From IMG/VR virus record IMGVR_UViG_3300036790_000408, positions 70,437-134,436 of that record: DNA of 64,000 nucleotides; one strand, 5' to 3'. This DNA comes from a virus. Positions 54,057 to 63,097 of the stretch are shown here, piece after piece; the stretch's first letter is position 1; every line of letters begins with the position of its first letter. A program made the translations under genes and the position numbers. Under the pieces are notes generated by a model. It saw nothing but the letters and a program-made list of their open reading frames with translations, was not told the DNA's origin and ran no database searches.

Positions 54057-54266
54057 ATGCACCGAACCATCATCGCACTGGCTCTATGCGCCACCACTGG
54101 CGCCGCACATGCCACGGAATACCGCTTTGCCAAGATCGGCTCACACATCGCTGCCAACGGTCAGACGGTCACGGAATACCGCGTCACGTCGGCCGGCAAG
54201 GTCTGGCACACATGCGAGACTGCCGAAGGCTTCGAAGTCGATTGCCGCACTGGAAGGGAACCATAA
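54057..54266 (+). CDS. Small secreted protein
   Basis: Signal peptide ending AHA; C-terminal WHTCE..GF..C. Confidence 0.55.
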   Translation: MHRTIIALALCATTGAAHATEYRFAKIGSHIAANGQTVTEYRVTSAGKVWHTCETAEGFEVDCRTGREP

Positions 54267-54268
54267 CC

Positions 54269-54529
54269 ATGGCCTATTTCTCACAAGATGGCTCTATGCA
54301 TGGCTACAACGCCCCACACGGCTACATTCCTGCGGCGCCCGTCACGCGCGTTCTGTGCGATGACTGCGCTAAGCCGGAAGTGCCATTCGAGACGATCACG
54401 ATCGATGCGGGCATCGATGCGCATGGCGTCGAATATGCGCCATCTTACACCCATCGACGCCAATGCCGACCATGGAAATGGGCGCCGATCTATGGTGCGC
54501 CATGCCACCGATGCGGAAAGCCGGCATGA
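54269..54529 (+). CDS. Small Zn-binding hypothetical protein
   Basis: LCDDC...PCHRCG. Confidence 0.5.
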   Translation: MAYFSQDGSMHGYNAPHGYIPAAPVTRVLCDDCAKPEVPFETITIDAGIDAHGVEYAPSYTHRRQCRPWKWAPIYGAPCHRCGKPA

Positions 54530-54957
54530 CACCTACCGAGCTCCGCGCTTGCCTGGATGCCCTTGGATGGGATGCAATCGAACTATCCAAGCGCATCGGT
54601 TCGTCAAGATCGCTCGTGTATCAATGGCTTGGCGGGGGATCAAAAATCCATCCGGACGTTGCCACATGGCTCCGAGCTCGCGCCGACGCCATGACCAACA
54701 ATCCCCCGCCACCCGTAACCTTTCGATCTGGCCGCAAGCCGTGGAAAGGTTCACCATTAGGAGTCGGCGCCGTGCGACGCGTTCTTGAAGCCTATCATAC
54801 CATCAAGCCACCACACCTAATCAAAGCACAGATGATCGAGATCGCCGATGATGGCACTAGGCGCATAATGTTCGGACTGAATAATCCCAAACTGCCGAAC
54901 GTGCACAAAGCGGCAAAGGGCTATGATGCTGAAATCATTTGGATAACTCCAAAGTAA
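54526..54957 (+). CDS. XRE-like HTH protein (paralogue of 59268-59672)
   Basis: MTPTELRACLDALGW..ELSKRIG..LVYQW..G..KIHPDVATWL. Confidence 0.65.
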   Translation: MTPTELRACLDALGWDAIELSKRIGSSRSLVYQWLGGGSKIHPDVATWLRARADAMTNNPPPPVTFRSGRKPWKGSPLGVGAVRRVLEAYHTIKPPHLIKAQMIEIADDGTRRIMFGLNNPKLPNVHKAAKGYDAEIIWITPK

Positions 54958-54987
54958 ATTAATTCATACAAATTATCACTTTCTCTC

Positions 54988-55016
54988 TTGACCTATATGC
55001 ACTGTTAGTCCATATT
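54988..55016 (+). promoter_or_regulatory. Repeated promoter TTGACC-TATATG-N11-CATATT
   Basis: Shares the upstream CACTTTCTCTC with the 52501 copy. Confidence 0.7.
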
Positions 55017-55041
55017 CTGTCTATCAACGGAGCGACACCAA

Positions 55042-55212
55042 ATGACCGACCTGCCACGCTACTACATCGAACGCGAGGACTATGTGACCGCGCCAGACCG
55101 CCCCGATTTCTTCGTTATGGATCGCCAAACCGGAATTGTAGTGGACGTCAGCAGCATCGAAGCAAACGCCTTGCGCTACTGCGCAACGTTCAATCGGAAA
55201 GAGCGGTCATGA
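55042..55212 (+). CDS. Hypothetical protein (56 aa)
   Basis: Translated by hand (MTDLPRYYIERE...); GGAG RBS after the promoter. Confidence 0.5.
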   Translation: MTDLPRYYIEREDYVTAPDRPDFFVMDRQTGIVVDVSSIEANALRYCATFNRKERS

Positions 55213-55309
55213 CCGACAAGCTTTGCATCCGCGTTCTGTCCATCGCGATCGGACCCGGCTTCGTGATTACCGGCTTCATCTGGCTTACAATCCTTGGAGT
55301 GATCTGACC

Positions 55310-55471
55310 ATGACATTGTCACGTGCCCGCCTAATCGTTCACAATCGCCTCGCCTATCGCCCTAGCGAAGTCCGTGAGGCTGCTGTGTGGCTACTCGGGA
55401 GCCTATCAGCCACGCAAGAGGATATCGCCACTGCGTCGCGTGCCATCGCCATTGGCACCCGCGATCGCTGA
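55310..55471 (+). CDS. Hypothetical protein
   Basis: Ends at a repeated post-stop hairpin. Confidence 0.45.
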   Translation: MTLSRARLIVHNRLAYRPSEVREAAVWLLGSLSATQEDIATASRAIAIGTRDR

Positions 55472-55537
55472 TAGCCTAATAAGCCGGTTTCGGCCGGCTT
55501 ATTCGACTACCAGACTCAATCGATGGGGATTGATCCA

Positions 55538-56149
55538 ATGGCACGCAAAACGCTCAAATACGCTACCGTGGCTGGCAAGCATTTCCAAGGCGACACTGTC
55601 GCCGACGCTAAGAATAGGGGCGCCGACCAGGTCGCGCGCATGGTTTACGAAGCTGACCTTGGACCATCCGTCTACCACGTGAACGGTCTGACCGCAGTGA
55701 TCTTTCCGACGCTCTATGATGGCTGGATGTACTCCATCCTGACCGGCAAGGAAGCCGGCTTGTTCAACGGCAACACCGTGACCATGGGCGGAACCCGCCA
55801 ACAGGCAGCGCGCGCGGCAGTATCGCACATGGCGCAAAACACATGGTCGCATGATGTGACCGATGATCGTGAATTCTTTTCGCAAGCATTCTTCAACATT
55901 AAAATTCACTCCGACACTGAAGCAAGTTTCATCATGACCAGCGTGCGCGACAATGTGAGCCACGCGGAGTGGCATCGTCGCTGGAAGGCAGCAAACGACA
56001 TCATAGGTGATCGCAACGCGGCGCACGATATCGCTTCGCGCACTGCCTCAATCGACGATGTTATCGCCATGGCGAAGCGTGAGACTGCCGTAGCCGTCCA
56101 TCTATCCGACACCGCTGGCGAAGATGGTGAGTGTCACTCGGATAAATAA
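55538..56149 (+). CDS. Hypothetical protein
   Basis: 203 aa with a GGGGA RBS. Confidence 0.55.
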   Translation: MARKTLKYATVAGKHFQGDTVADAKNRGADQVARMVYEADLGPSVYHVNGLTAVIFPTLYDGWMYSILTGKEAGLFNGNTVTMGGTRQQAARAAVSHMAQNTWSHDVTDDREFFSQAFFNIKIHSDTEASFIMTSVRDNVSHAEWHRRWKAANDIIGDRNAAHDIASRTASIDDVIAMAKRETAVAVHLSDTAGEDGECHSDK

Positions 56150-56173
56150 AATACGAAAACTATGAATTACCTG

Positions 56174-56202
56174 TTGACTAATATGCACGGATGATCCATA
56201 TT
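56174..56202 (+). promoter_or_regulatory. Repeated promoter TTGACT-AATATG-N11-CATATT
   Basis: Followed by an AGGAG RBS and ATG 56229. Confidence 0.7.
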
Positions 56203-56228
56203 CCGTGCATCAACACAGGAGACAAGCG

Positions 56229-56480
56229 ATGAGCTTCATTCGCGCCAGCCAACGCCACATCAACCACGCCCATAGCGCCATCGCCGACGCGGAAGCCCGG
56301 CTGATCCATTCCTTTACCCCCGAGGATATCGCTGCCGCTGATGACGAAATGATGGGCGCGGTTCGCTACCTCGCTCGCGCGGTTCAAGCGCAACGGGACT
56401 GGGATGCAGTCGATCATGACGATTACGAGGAGTATCCGCACGTCCCGACCCCCGCCGAGGAGCAATTGACGCTGATCTGA
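56229..56480 (+). CDS. Hypothetical protein
   Basis: Promoter plus RBS upstream. Confidence 0.55.
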   Translation: MSFIRASQRHINHAHSAIADAEARLIHSFTPEDIAAADDEMMGAVRYLARAVQAQRDWDAVDHDDYEEYPHVPTPAEEQLTLI

Positions 56481-56910
56481 CCTATGCGGTAGCGCGTGCG
56501 GGACATGCGCTACAGCCTAAGCCAGACACAAGGAAGGAAACACCATGATCGCACAACCTAATCTTGAACCTCGAGGCTGGAACGGCGGACCGATGAAATA
56601 TGGCGCCAGCCTAGGAAACGTCCGAATTAGTTTCGCACGACGACGTGTCCGACGACGTGCGCGAGCTCGATCCTAACGATATCGTGGAAGGCTGCATCGG
56701 CATTACCCTGATCGACGACGACGGCAAACGCGTACGCGATCTTATCGGAGTGCCTACCACGTGCATCCAATTGGGTGAGCCGCTTAACGTTGACCTGGAA
56801 GACATTGACGACGACGAATAAGGAGCGGCTCGCGGAAACTGATTGGTTGACGGTAGCTAGCTAGCTCGTGGGCTGGCTACAGCCTACTCAAATCAGGAGG
56901 TCTCGCGGAA

Positions 56911-57213
56911 ATGGCATATCTCACTGCACCCGATGGCACGCTTATCCTCGGCACGTTGGAGCGACTATCTGGACGGGCCGAAATATCCGGCGCAACCCGC
57001 AATCCGGACGGCAAGTACGAACTGGATTACAGCGGCGGGACCGAAATCTTTTATGACGATCAGGTAACCGAAATGCGCGACGGACAGCGCGTGTTCCTCG
57101 ATGAAGCTGGCGAGGAGTACCTGGAAAACGAACTCGTGCTTGTCGAAGACCTGGTGGAGCTCACTCGCGGAATTTGTCTACCAATAATCAGGAGGTCTCG
57201 CGAAAATGGATGA
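56911..57213 (+). CDS. Hypothetical protein
   Basis: AGGAGG RBS; acidic. Confidence 0.55.
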   Translation: MAYLTAPDGTLILGTLERLSGRAEISGATRNPDGKYELDYSGGTEIFYDDQVTEMRDGQRVFLDEAGEEYLENELVLVEDLVELTRGICLPIIRRSRENG

Positions 57214-57427
57214 CATGGAAGAACCCCCGACCGACGCGAAATGGTTTGCTCAGAATATCCGGGAGAACCTCCCGAGCATGCGCTACCAAATCGTTAGAAC
57301 ACATATCGCGGACAATTTCGGTAAGCGCCAGCGCATCTATGATCTGTCCGCCAAGACGGAATATTGCGCCACTAAGCGAGAGGCGGACATCCGCACTGCA
57401 TTCCTTAACGGCCGCGAAAGCCGATAA
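57206..57427 (+). CDS. Hypothetical protein
   Basis: AGGAGG RBS. Confidence 0.5.
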   Translation: MDDMEEPPTDAKWFAQNIRENLPSMRYQIVRTHIADNFGKRQRIYDLSAKTEYCATKREADIRTAFLNGRESR

Positions 57428-57747
57428 ACTCGCAACCTACCGATAATCAGGAGGATACCACCATGCCCAAAGAAGACGAAGTTACCGCTAACCTTCGCAA
57501 GCTATCTGCCAACCTATTAACCGCCGCATCGCAACGGCGACATGATCCGCGTCGGCGGGTTCCAGGTTGACCATATCAACCCGGATGGCTCGTTCCAAGC
57601 CGGTTGCCACAATTTCAACTGGCCGGAGATCGAGGCCGCGGCAAAACAAGCCGGCGTAGCCTGACGCATACGGTAGCGGAGCTCCACGGCCCGCTACAGC
57701 ATACGCCAGACCGAATGAACGGCTCGCGGAAATTAGGAGGGAATGGA

Positions 57748-58026
57748 ATGAATACCAAACTTCTACGTCTCGCGCGTCGAGACAGCAGAAACATAAGATA
57801 TTGGACCGTGCCGGGCTACAGCAATGGCGCCAGGCTAGCGCCATCCCGTCACACACTCCTGGATTGGGGTCCGGCGTTCTACTGGCCTGCGCGCGACGAA
57901 CGGGGCGAGATGACGCGCGGCGTTGACCTCAACCGGCACCGCTCAATGGCAAAGCGGTACGCCCGTGAACTCATTAAGGAATGCCAGGCAATGGCACGCT
58001 CAAATAGAAAGAGGAAAAATCCATGA
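57748..58026 (+). CDS. Basic hypothetical protein
   Basis: AGGAGG RBS. Confidence 0.5.
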   Translation: MNTKLLRLARRDSRNIRYWTVPGYSNGARLAPSRHTLLDWGPAFYWPARDERGEMTRGVDLNRHRSMAKRYARELIKECQAMARSNRKRKNP

Positions 58027-58232
58027 ACGAATATCTGCGCGGACTCGAGGCGGCCCTGGATGCCATCGGCGAGGACATGACCGACTTCCAGGCCAAGGCC
58101 ACGATCAAGCAGTTGATCTATGAGGAGGAGCGGCGCGACGGCTCGGTCGGTCAGCGTGACGAGAACGCCGAACTCCGTAATGCCGTGCGCAAGGCTGTGG
58201 CCGACCTGACGTCAGCGATGCGCCGGCAATAG
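58023..58232 (+). CDS. Hypothetical protein
   Basis: ATGA-coupled. Confidence 0.5.
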   Translation: MNEYLRGLEAALDAIGEDMTDFQAKATIKQLIYEEERRDGSVGQRDENAELRNAVRKAVADLTSAMRRQ

Positions 58233-58315
58233 GAAACGGCTCGCGGAATTCGAGGTCGCCACCACAGAGACCTTTCGCTCAAGACCAACCCGGCGGCCCT
58301 TACAGGAATAAGTTC

Positions 58316-58525
58316 ATGGCAAAACATTTCACAATCGGCGGATATCCCAATCCAGATCCACATTATATCAGCCCAGAGGAGGAAAATGAAATTCTAAAGG
58401 CAGAATATGCTACGCGTGATTTTGACTATGAGTGTCAAAACTGCATTGGAATGATGGATCAAGGGTGTTACTGCAAGGCGATGGGAGCAATCCGGCCCGG
58501 AGGCCCGGCGCACGAAAATGAATAA
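58316..58525 (+). CDS. Small Cys-containing hypothetical protein
   Basis: CQNC...GCYC. Confidence 0.45.
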   Translation: MAKHFTIGGYPNPDPHYISPEEENEILKAEYATRDFDYECQNCIGMMDQGCYCKAMGAIRPGGPAHENE

Positions 58526-58760
58526 TAAATCAGCGGAACGCTCCCGCTCCAAACCAAGGCGAACCGCGGCGCTAACGCGGACAAACAAGAATGCTACAGC
58601 CATGCCGCTCGTTTGAATGGATGGGCGCCAGGCGGCGCGCGAATGGGCGAATTAGTTCGCGTCGACCATGACGTCTATGGCGTTTGCCAGCCCGCGCAAG
58701 GTCACTGAATAAGGCAACGACTCGCGGAATTCGTCGCCTCCTACCACCATTCCGCAACAG

Positions 58761-58964
58761 ATGGGGACCACAATGACCGACCAATTCAACGCGGCCCTGG
58801 AGGCCGCTGGTGTCCAGTTCGACGACATGCCTGACCTGGAAGATGACGACAGCCCACCAAATGCAGTGACGCGCACCGCCATGCGCTTCGCTGTAGCCGG
58901 GTTGATCGTCGCGATCCTGACCATCGCCTGTGTGGTGATCGAACTCTGTGGCGGGGTGGCGTGA
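58761..58964 (+). CDS. Small membrane protein
   Basis: Acidic N-terminus plus a C-terminal TM segment. Confidence 0.45.
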   Translation: MGTTMTDQFNAALEAAGVQFDDMPDLEDDDSPPNAVTRTAMRFAVAGLIVAILTIACVVIELCGGVA

Positions 58965-59267
58965 TAAGCGTCAGTGCCAGCCTGCCTTGGGTTATCGCAG
59001 GGATTATGATCTGCTTCATCGTCTTCCTGAAATACACCGCCAGAGGCAGAGACTAAAAAATAAGCTACAAAAAATATCATTTAGATTGACAATCTATATG
59101 CAATTATAATACAGTTTCCCGGTTATCCAATGGTGGACCCGGCGCCTCAAGATCAGGGAGTGCGTGTCATGTAACCCGTCGACAACCCCGTCGATTTGAA
59201 ATGCCAGACAGGGCCGCCGCGTTCGATCGTAAGAGACGGCGGCCCACATCATGAGTGGGAGAGAAAA

Positions 59268-59672
59268 ATGCCAGCGAAGCCACAACCTGGGACTGATATT
59301 CGCACCGAATTGCAGCGGCTCGCGGATATGGTGCCGACCGGTCCGATGGATCATGGGGAAATTAACGCCTGCCTCAACGTGCTAGGGTGGTGCACCACTG
59401 ATCTGATCAGGGGGCTGGGATTTGATCCCAGCATCGGCACCGGCCGCACACCTATTTTCGCCTGGGTAGCGGGCGAGCGGAAAATTCCCGATGACGTCGC
59501 CAATTGGCTGCGGGTGCGCGCGGCGCTGACCAACGCCATGCCGCCGCCGCCCGAGGTGACGTTCCCGCACATGGGCAGACCACGCAAAGGTCAGCCGCTA
59601 GTCGAGGCGGAGCGCCTGTACGCAACTCTGTCGCCCGAGGAGCAGGCGGAGCTCATGGAAGACGCGGATTAA
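59268..59672 (+). CDS. XRE-like HTH protein (paralogue of 54526-54957)
   Basis: EINACLNVLGW..DL..G...IFAW..G.RKIPDDVANWLRVRA...PPPP..GRPRKG.PL. Confidence 0.65.
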   Translation: MPAKPQPGTDIRTELQRLADMVPTGPMDHGEINACLNVLGWCTTDLIRGLGFDPSIGTGRTPIFAWVAGERKIPDDVANWLRVRAALTNAMPPPPEVTFPHMGRPRKGQPLVEAERLYATLSPEEQAELMEDAD

Positions 59673-59711
59673 AGGAGCGGCTCGCGAAATTCAGGAGTGT
59701 GGAAATCATCC

Positions 59712-60173
59712 ATGAGCGCCAACGATCCAGCACCAGCGAGGGGTCCAGACGGCAAATATGAGCCGCCATATCTGGACGAATTCCCCTATACTCGGACGAT
59801 AAACTCAGAGCCGGCGCTATCCGATGGTGGTCCGTGGGAAATCGAGGTTGAACCGATGGAAAATCCCATCGATACAGCTCTCCGGCAGGCCGTGGAAGCG
59901 GTCGACGAGCTGATCATCACCATAGAGCGCGAGGAGGGCGCCGGCAGCCTCCACCAGGCCGCGGAGCGCGCGCGAGGGCACTTGCTCCAACATGCTAGGC
60001 TGGAGGTCGAACCGCACCCGACGATGGCAAACCTCCTGGGGCTGCCACCGTGGGCCATCATCGCTTTCATCCTGGTGGTGCTGTTCGTGGCTGGTCTAGC
60101 CTCATTTGGGAACGACTCGCGGAATTCAGACGACTCACAACAATGGAGCGCAAGAGCACATGACACACGGTGA
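59712..60173 (+). CDS. Hypothetical protein with C-terminal TM segment
   Basis: AGGAG RBS. Confidence 0.5.
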   Translation: MSANDPAPARGPDGKYEPPYLDEFPYTRTINSEPALSDGGPWEIEVEPMENPIDTALRQAVEAVDELIITIEREEGAGSLHQAAERARGHLLQHARLEVEPHPTMANLLGLPPWAIIAFILVVLFVAGLASFGNDSRNSDDSQQWSARAHDTR

Positions 60174-60567
60174 ACCCTGGCCCGCACCAGAGCGCATAGC
60201 GGCGTGGCGCCCGCAACGGCTGGAGCCGGAACCTGATGACGGCTTCACCTCGATCTCGGTGCCGGTGCAAACAATCGAAATGCGGGCGTGGCGCGGCGAG
60301 TACCAAACCCATTTTGGTCGGGAGTGGAAAGGCTCACCCGACCTGCTGTCGCAGATCATGGGCGAGGCCGGAAGCGGAGCCCAGATATTCTCGCGCATGT
60401 GGGAGACGGATGAACCGGATCACCCACGCCAGCCGCCTAGGGAGGGCCGTAGGGCGATGGGGCGACCGGTGGATATCAGCGAAGCGCTGGTAACCGCCAT
60501 GACCGTCCTGGGTGTCTTCCTGGCACTTTGTCTGGTGGCCGCGGCGCTCGCTGGAATATTCAAATGA
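60160..60567 (+). CDS. Hypothetical protein with C-terminal TM segment
   Basis: Overlapping start; hydrophobic tail. Confidence 0.5.
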   Translation: MTHGEPWPAPERIAAWRPQRLEPEPDDGFTSISVPVQTIEMRAWRGEYQTHFGREWKGSPDLLSQIMGEAGSGAQIFSRMWETDEPDHPRQPPREGRRAMGRPVDISEALVTAMTVLGVFLALCLVAAALAGIFK

Positions 60568-60800
60568 GCGGCGTGACATCGGGTGAGCACTCAGGCTGGG
60601 TGCCGGTGGATTTTAACGGCATCGGCAGCAGGACTGAGCGCATGGCGGTGCCTGGAGGTTGGCTCTACCGCACCATGCTATGGTCATCCAGCGGCGTCGA
60701 TGTTGCCGCGGCTATGGTCTTCGTGCCCAGTCCAATACAAGGGCCAGCGACAGTACAACTGTCGGCCGACGACATTCACGCCATGAGCCGGAGGAAGTAG
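60564..60800 (+). CDS. Conserved small phage protein
   Basis: TERMAVPGGWLYRT...AMVFVP pattern. Confidence 0.55.
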   Translation: MSGVTSGEHSGWVPVDFNGIGSRTERMAVPGGWLYRTMLWSSSGVDVAAAMVFVPSPIQGPATVQLSADDIHAMSRRK

Positions 60801-61102
60801 TAAAGAACCCCCGACCGGGGCCGGGGGTCAAGGTTGGGAGGAAAACGTCCAAGAAAGCTGTGGCAAAGCAACAGCAGTGATACAATTCCACATGCCCCCG
60901 ATTCGTTTGGAGCGGTTTCTAAAATGTGGAGAAATGGTAATATGGACGATGAGCTTTCCTACATCGACACGGATGTGGAGGTTTTGCGCTGCGAATGTGA
61001 CACGAACCGATCATCCTCGTCGATTGGTGTGGGGGTTTTGCTCTTTTCAGCGCTTATCGTTGTGTCCGTAGTCTATTTCTCCTGCCGGATGGTCTGGGGC
61101 TG

Positions 61103-61330
61103 ATGTGGATCAAGTCCACCACCGGACGGTACGTCAATCTCGACAACGTCGCGCACATGAGCCCGGTCGATGACCGCGGCTTCGTCAGCCTCTACAGCGG
61201 CGCCGGTCTGCATCTTGGTGAGTGGGATCTGATATTCGCCGACACCTGGCCATCACCCAATCCGCTCGTGCTGCACCTGCGAGCAATTGCCCATCGAGCG
61301 GCGAAACTCGTTGACGAACCGATTGCTTAG
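61103..61330 (+). CDS. Hypothetical protein
   Basis: WIKS..GRYVNLDNV pattern. Confidence 0.5.
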   Translation: MWIKSTTGRYVNLDNVAHMSPVDDRGFVSLYSGAGLHLGEWDLIFADTWPSPNPLVLHLRAIAHRAAKLVDEPIA

Positions 61331-61459
61331 TGGTTTGCTGCGACGCATGAAAGCGAGAGCACTCGACATCCTATGCGGAGCGATCATCGCGGTGATCAGC
61401 TACTACACACTCGGATTGCTCGTGACCGGATACGATCCCAGCACAGCGATGCCCTGGTA

Positions 61460-61663
61460 ATGAAAAGGAAGTCTGACCCTGGCTTCGTTCACTACAAACG
61501 GGATCCCGATCAGTTGCCATTGGCGATGGACATCCCGGAGACGATGCTTGGCTGCGTCCGGTGCGCGCGCCAGTTCGAGAACTCGATCGAGCTACAGCGG
61601 CACTACAAATCGGCACACAAGGTGCTGGCGCCACTGGTCGTCATCAGGCGTTTGACGGCTTAG
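61460..61663 (+). CDS. Small protein with a classical C2H2 zinc finger
   Basis: CVRCARQFENSIELQRHYKSAH. Confidence 0.55.
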   Translation: MKRKSDPGFVHYKRDPDQLPLAMDIPETMLGCVRCARQFENSIELQRHYKSAHKVLAPLVVIRRLTA

Positions 61664-61919
61664 CCGACCTGGGAGCCGGCTGCCAAGGCTTGGGGATCAT
61701 CGCCTCGATCTCGGGATTGAAAAAGATGGGGCGAAGCTCGATGAATGATTGCGGGTCTGGATTATGCGCCTTCTTGCCCATGCGGGCGGTCTTGTATCGC
61801 GGCACCACAGCCAAAAACTCGGTAAACGACATGAGGCCGAGCGATACCTCACCCGGCCTCGGTTGCTCCTCTGGGGGCGGCTTCCTGACCGCCCGACCAG
61901 TTGTTGCCTTCTTAGCCAT
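61644..61919 (-). CDS. Hypothetical protein
   Basis: Directly downstream of ssb. Confidence 0.5.
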   Translation of the reverse strand: MAKKATTGRAVRKPPPEEQPRPGEVSLGLMSFTEFLAVVPRYKTARMGKKAHNPDPQSFIELRPIFFNPEIEAMIPKPWQPAPRSAKPSNA

Positions 61920-61927
61920 TATTCATT

Positions 61928-62413
61928 TCAAAATGGAATTTGATCATCCTCAACAGACCCACCACTCTTCGGCGAGCCCCAGGACGGACCGGAATTGTCG
62001 TCTTCCTCGCGCCCGGCCGCGGGACGTTCGGAGCGGCGGTTGTCTCGGTTATCATCCTTGTCCTGGGGCGTCAGCAGGGTCACCTCGCCCTTGAATGGAC
62101 CGATCACGATCTCGGTGGTGTAGCGGTCCTGGCCGTTCTTGTCCTGCCATTTGCGGCTCTTGATCTGCCCCTCGACCGCGACCTTGTGACCCTTGCGCAG
62201 GTACTTCTCAACCACATCCGCAACGCGCTCATTGAACACCACGACGGTGTGCCATTCGGTCTGATCGCGCCGCTCGCCGGACCCTTTGTCGGTCCAGCTC
62301 TCCGACGTCGCCACACTGAAGTTCGCGATCTTCTTGCCGTCGCGCGTCATGCGGATCTCAGGGTCTTTGCCGACATTCCCGATAAGAATTGCGAGGTTCT
62401 TGCTACCAGCCAT
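61928..62413 (-). CDS. ssb: Single-stranded DNA-binding protein
   Basis: [43 protein letters not shown] and an acidic C-terminal DDQIPF. Confidence 0.95.
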   Translation of the reverse strand: MAGSKNLAILIGNVGKDPEIRMTRDGKKIANFSVATSESWTDKGSGERRDQTEWHTVVVFNERVADVVEKYLRKGHKVAVEGQIKSRKWQDKNGQDRYTTEIVIGPFKGEVTLLTPQDKDDNRDNRRSERPAAGREEDDNSGPSWGSPKSGGSVEDDQIPF

Positions 62414-62488
62414 GTTACGCTCCCATGATGTTAACTAAGTTAATCAGATCGAAACAATACTCCTGAACCGATGATTATATCAAGTGAA

Positions 62489-62689
62489 TTAGACCGGCAT
62501 AATGTTGGTGCCGAGCGCGACCTCCGCGGCGAAAGCGATAATCCGATTGACCTGCGGCGTCTCGTCGGCCATGCGCCAACCTTCGCGCCACGCCTCGTTC
62601 TGCGTCGGGTTATCCGGTTCCTGATAATGCCGCGCCAGCCAGCCGTCGTAGAACTCATTCCTACCGCGATAACGCACTGGTTCACGCAT
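62489..62689 (-). CDS. Hypothetical protein
   Basis: Coupled chain of small ORFs. Confidence 0.45.
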   Translation of the reverse strand: MREPVRYRGRNEFYDGWLARHYQEPDNPTQNEAWREGWRMADETPQVNRIIAFAAEVALGTNIMPV

Positions 62690-62869
62690 CGTCGTCTCCG
62701 TCTGTCACCCATTCAACGCCGACAGTAAGGCAAAGTCGGCCACCATCCTCATCCGGCTTCGACGTGGTACAAAGCGTCGGCAGAGTGCCATCGAACATCG
62801 GATTAGCCAGCATCGCCTCAACTTGGGCGACCAGCGTGCGTAGGGTGGTGACGATCTGTTGGTTTGTCA

Positions 62870-63097
62870 TCAGCTTCCACTTGCCTGCCGTTGTTCCCGG
62901 CGCATGTATTTCGGATGCTCGTGCGCCTCGCGGGCCTCCGCCATCGAAGGAGACGGTTGGCCGCGCCACCTGATGGCACAGTCCGCGTGCTGCACGCGCC
63001 ACTTACCAGACGCGGTCGGATGCTTCTCAAAATGTCCACCGCCGGACAGAACTTCCATGCCGCAGCGGTAGCATTGACCGGGGTATCTATTTCTCAT
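62870..63097 (-). CDS. Small Zn-ribbon protein
   Basis: NRYPGQCYRCG...HADC. Confidence 0.55.
   Translation of the reverse strand: MRNRYPGQCYRCGMEVLSGGGHFEKHPTASGKWRVQHADCAIRWRGQPSPSMAEAREAHEHPKYMRREQRQASGS

Larger units (their letters stand above)
56829..60124 (+). repeat. Nine dispersed CTCGCG(G/A)AA repeats at gene junctions
   Basis: Copies start at 56829, 56902, 57164, 57197, 57723, 58240, 58721, 59681 and 60116, all on the plus strand. Confidence 0.8.

Noticed and set aside
59086-59110. Canonical TTGACA/TATAAT promoter
   Set aside because: The spacer between these hexamers is only 13 nt; it is kept only as a partial copy of the repeated promoter family.
52770-60130. CRISPR array or integron
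   Set aside because: The repeats are irregularly spaced with whole genes between them; no cas gene, integron integrase or attC-type structure is visible.
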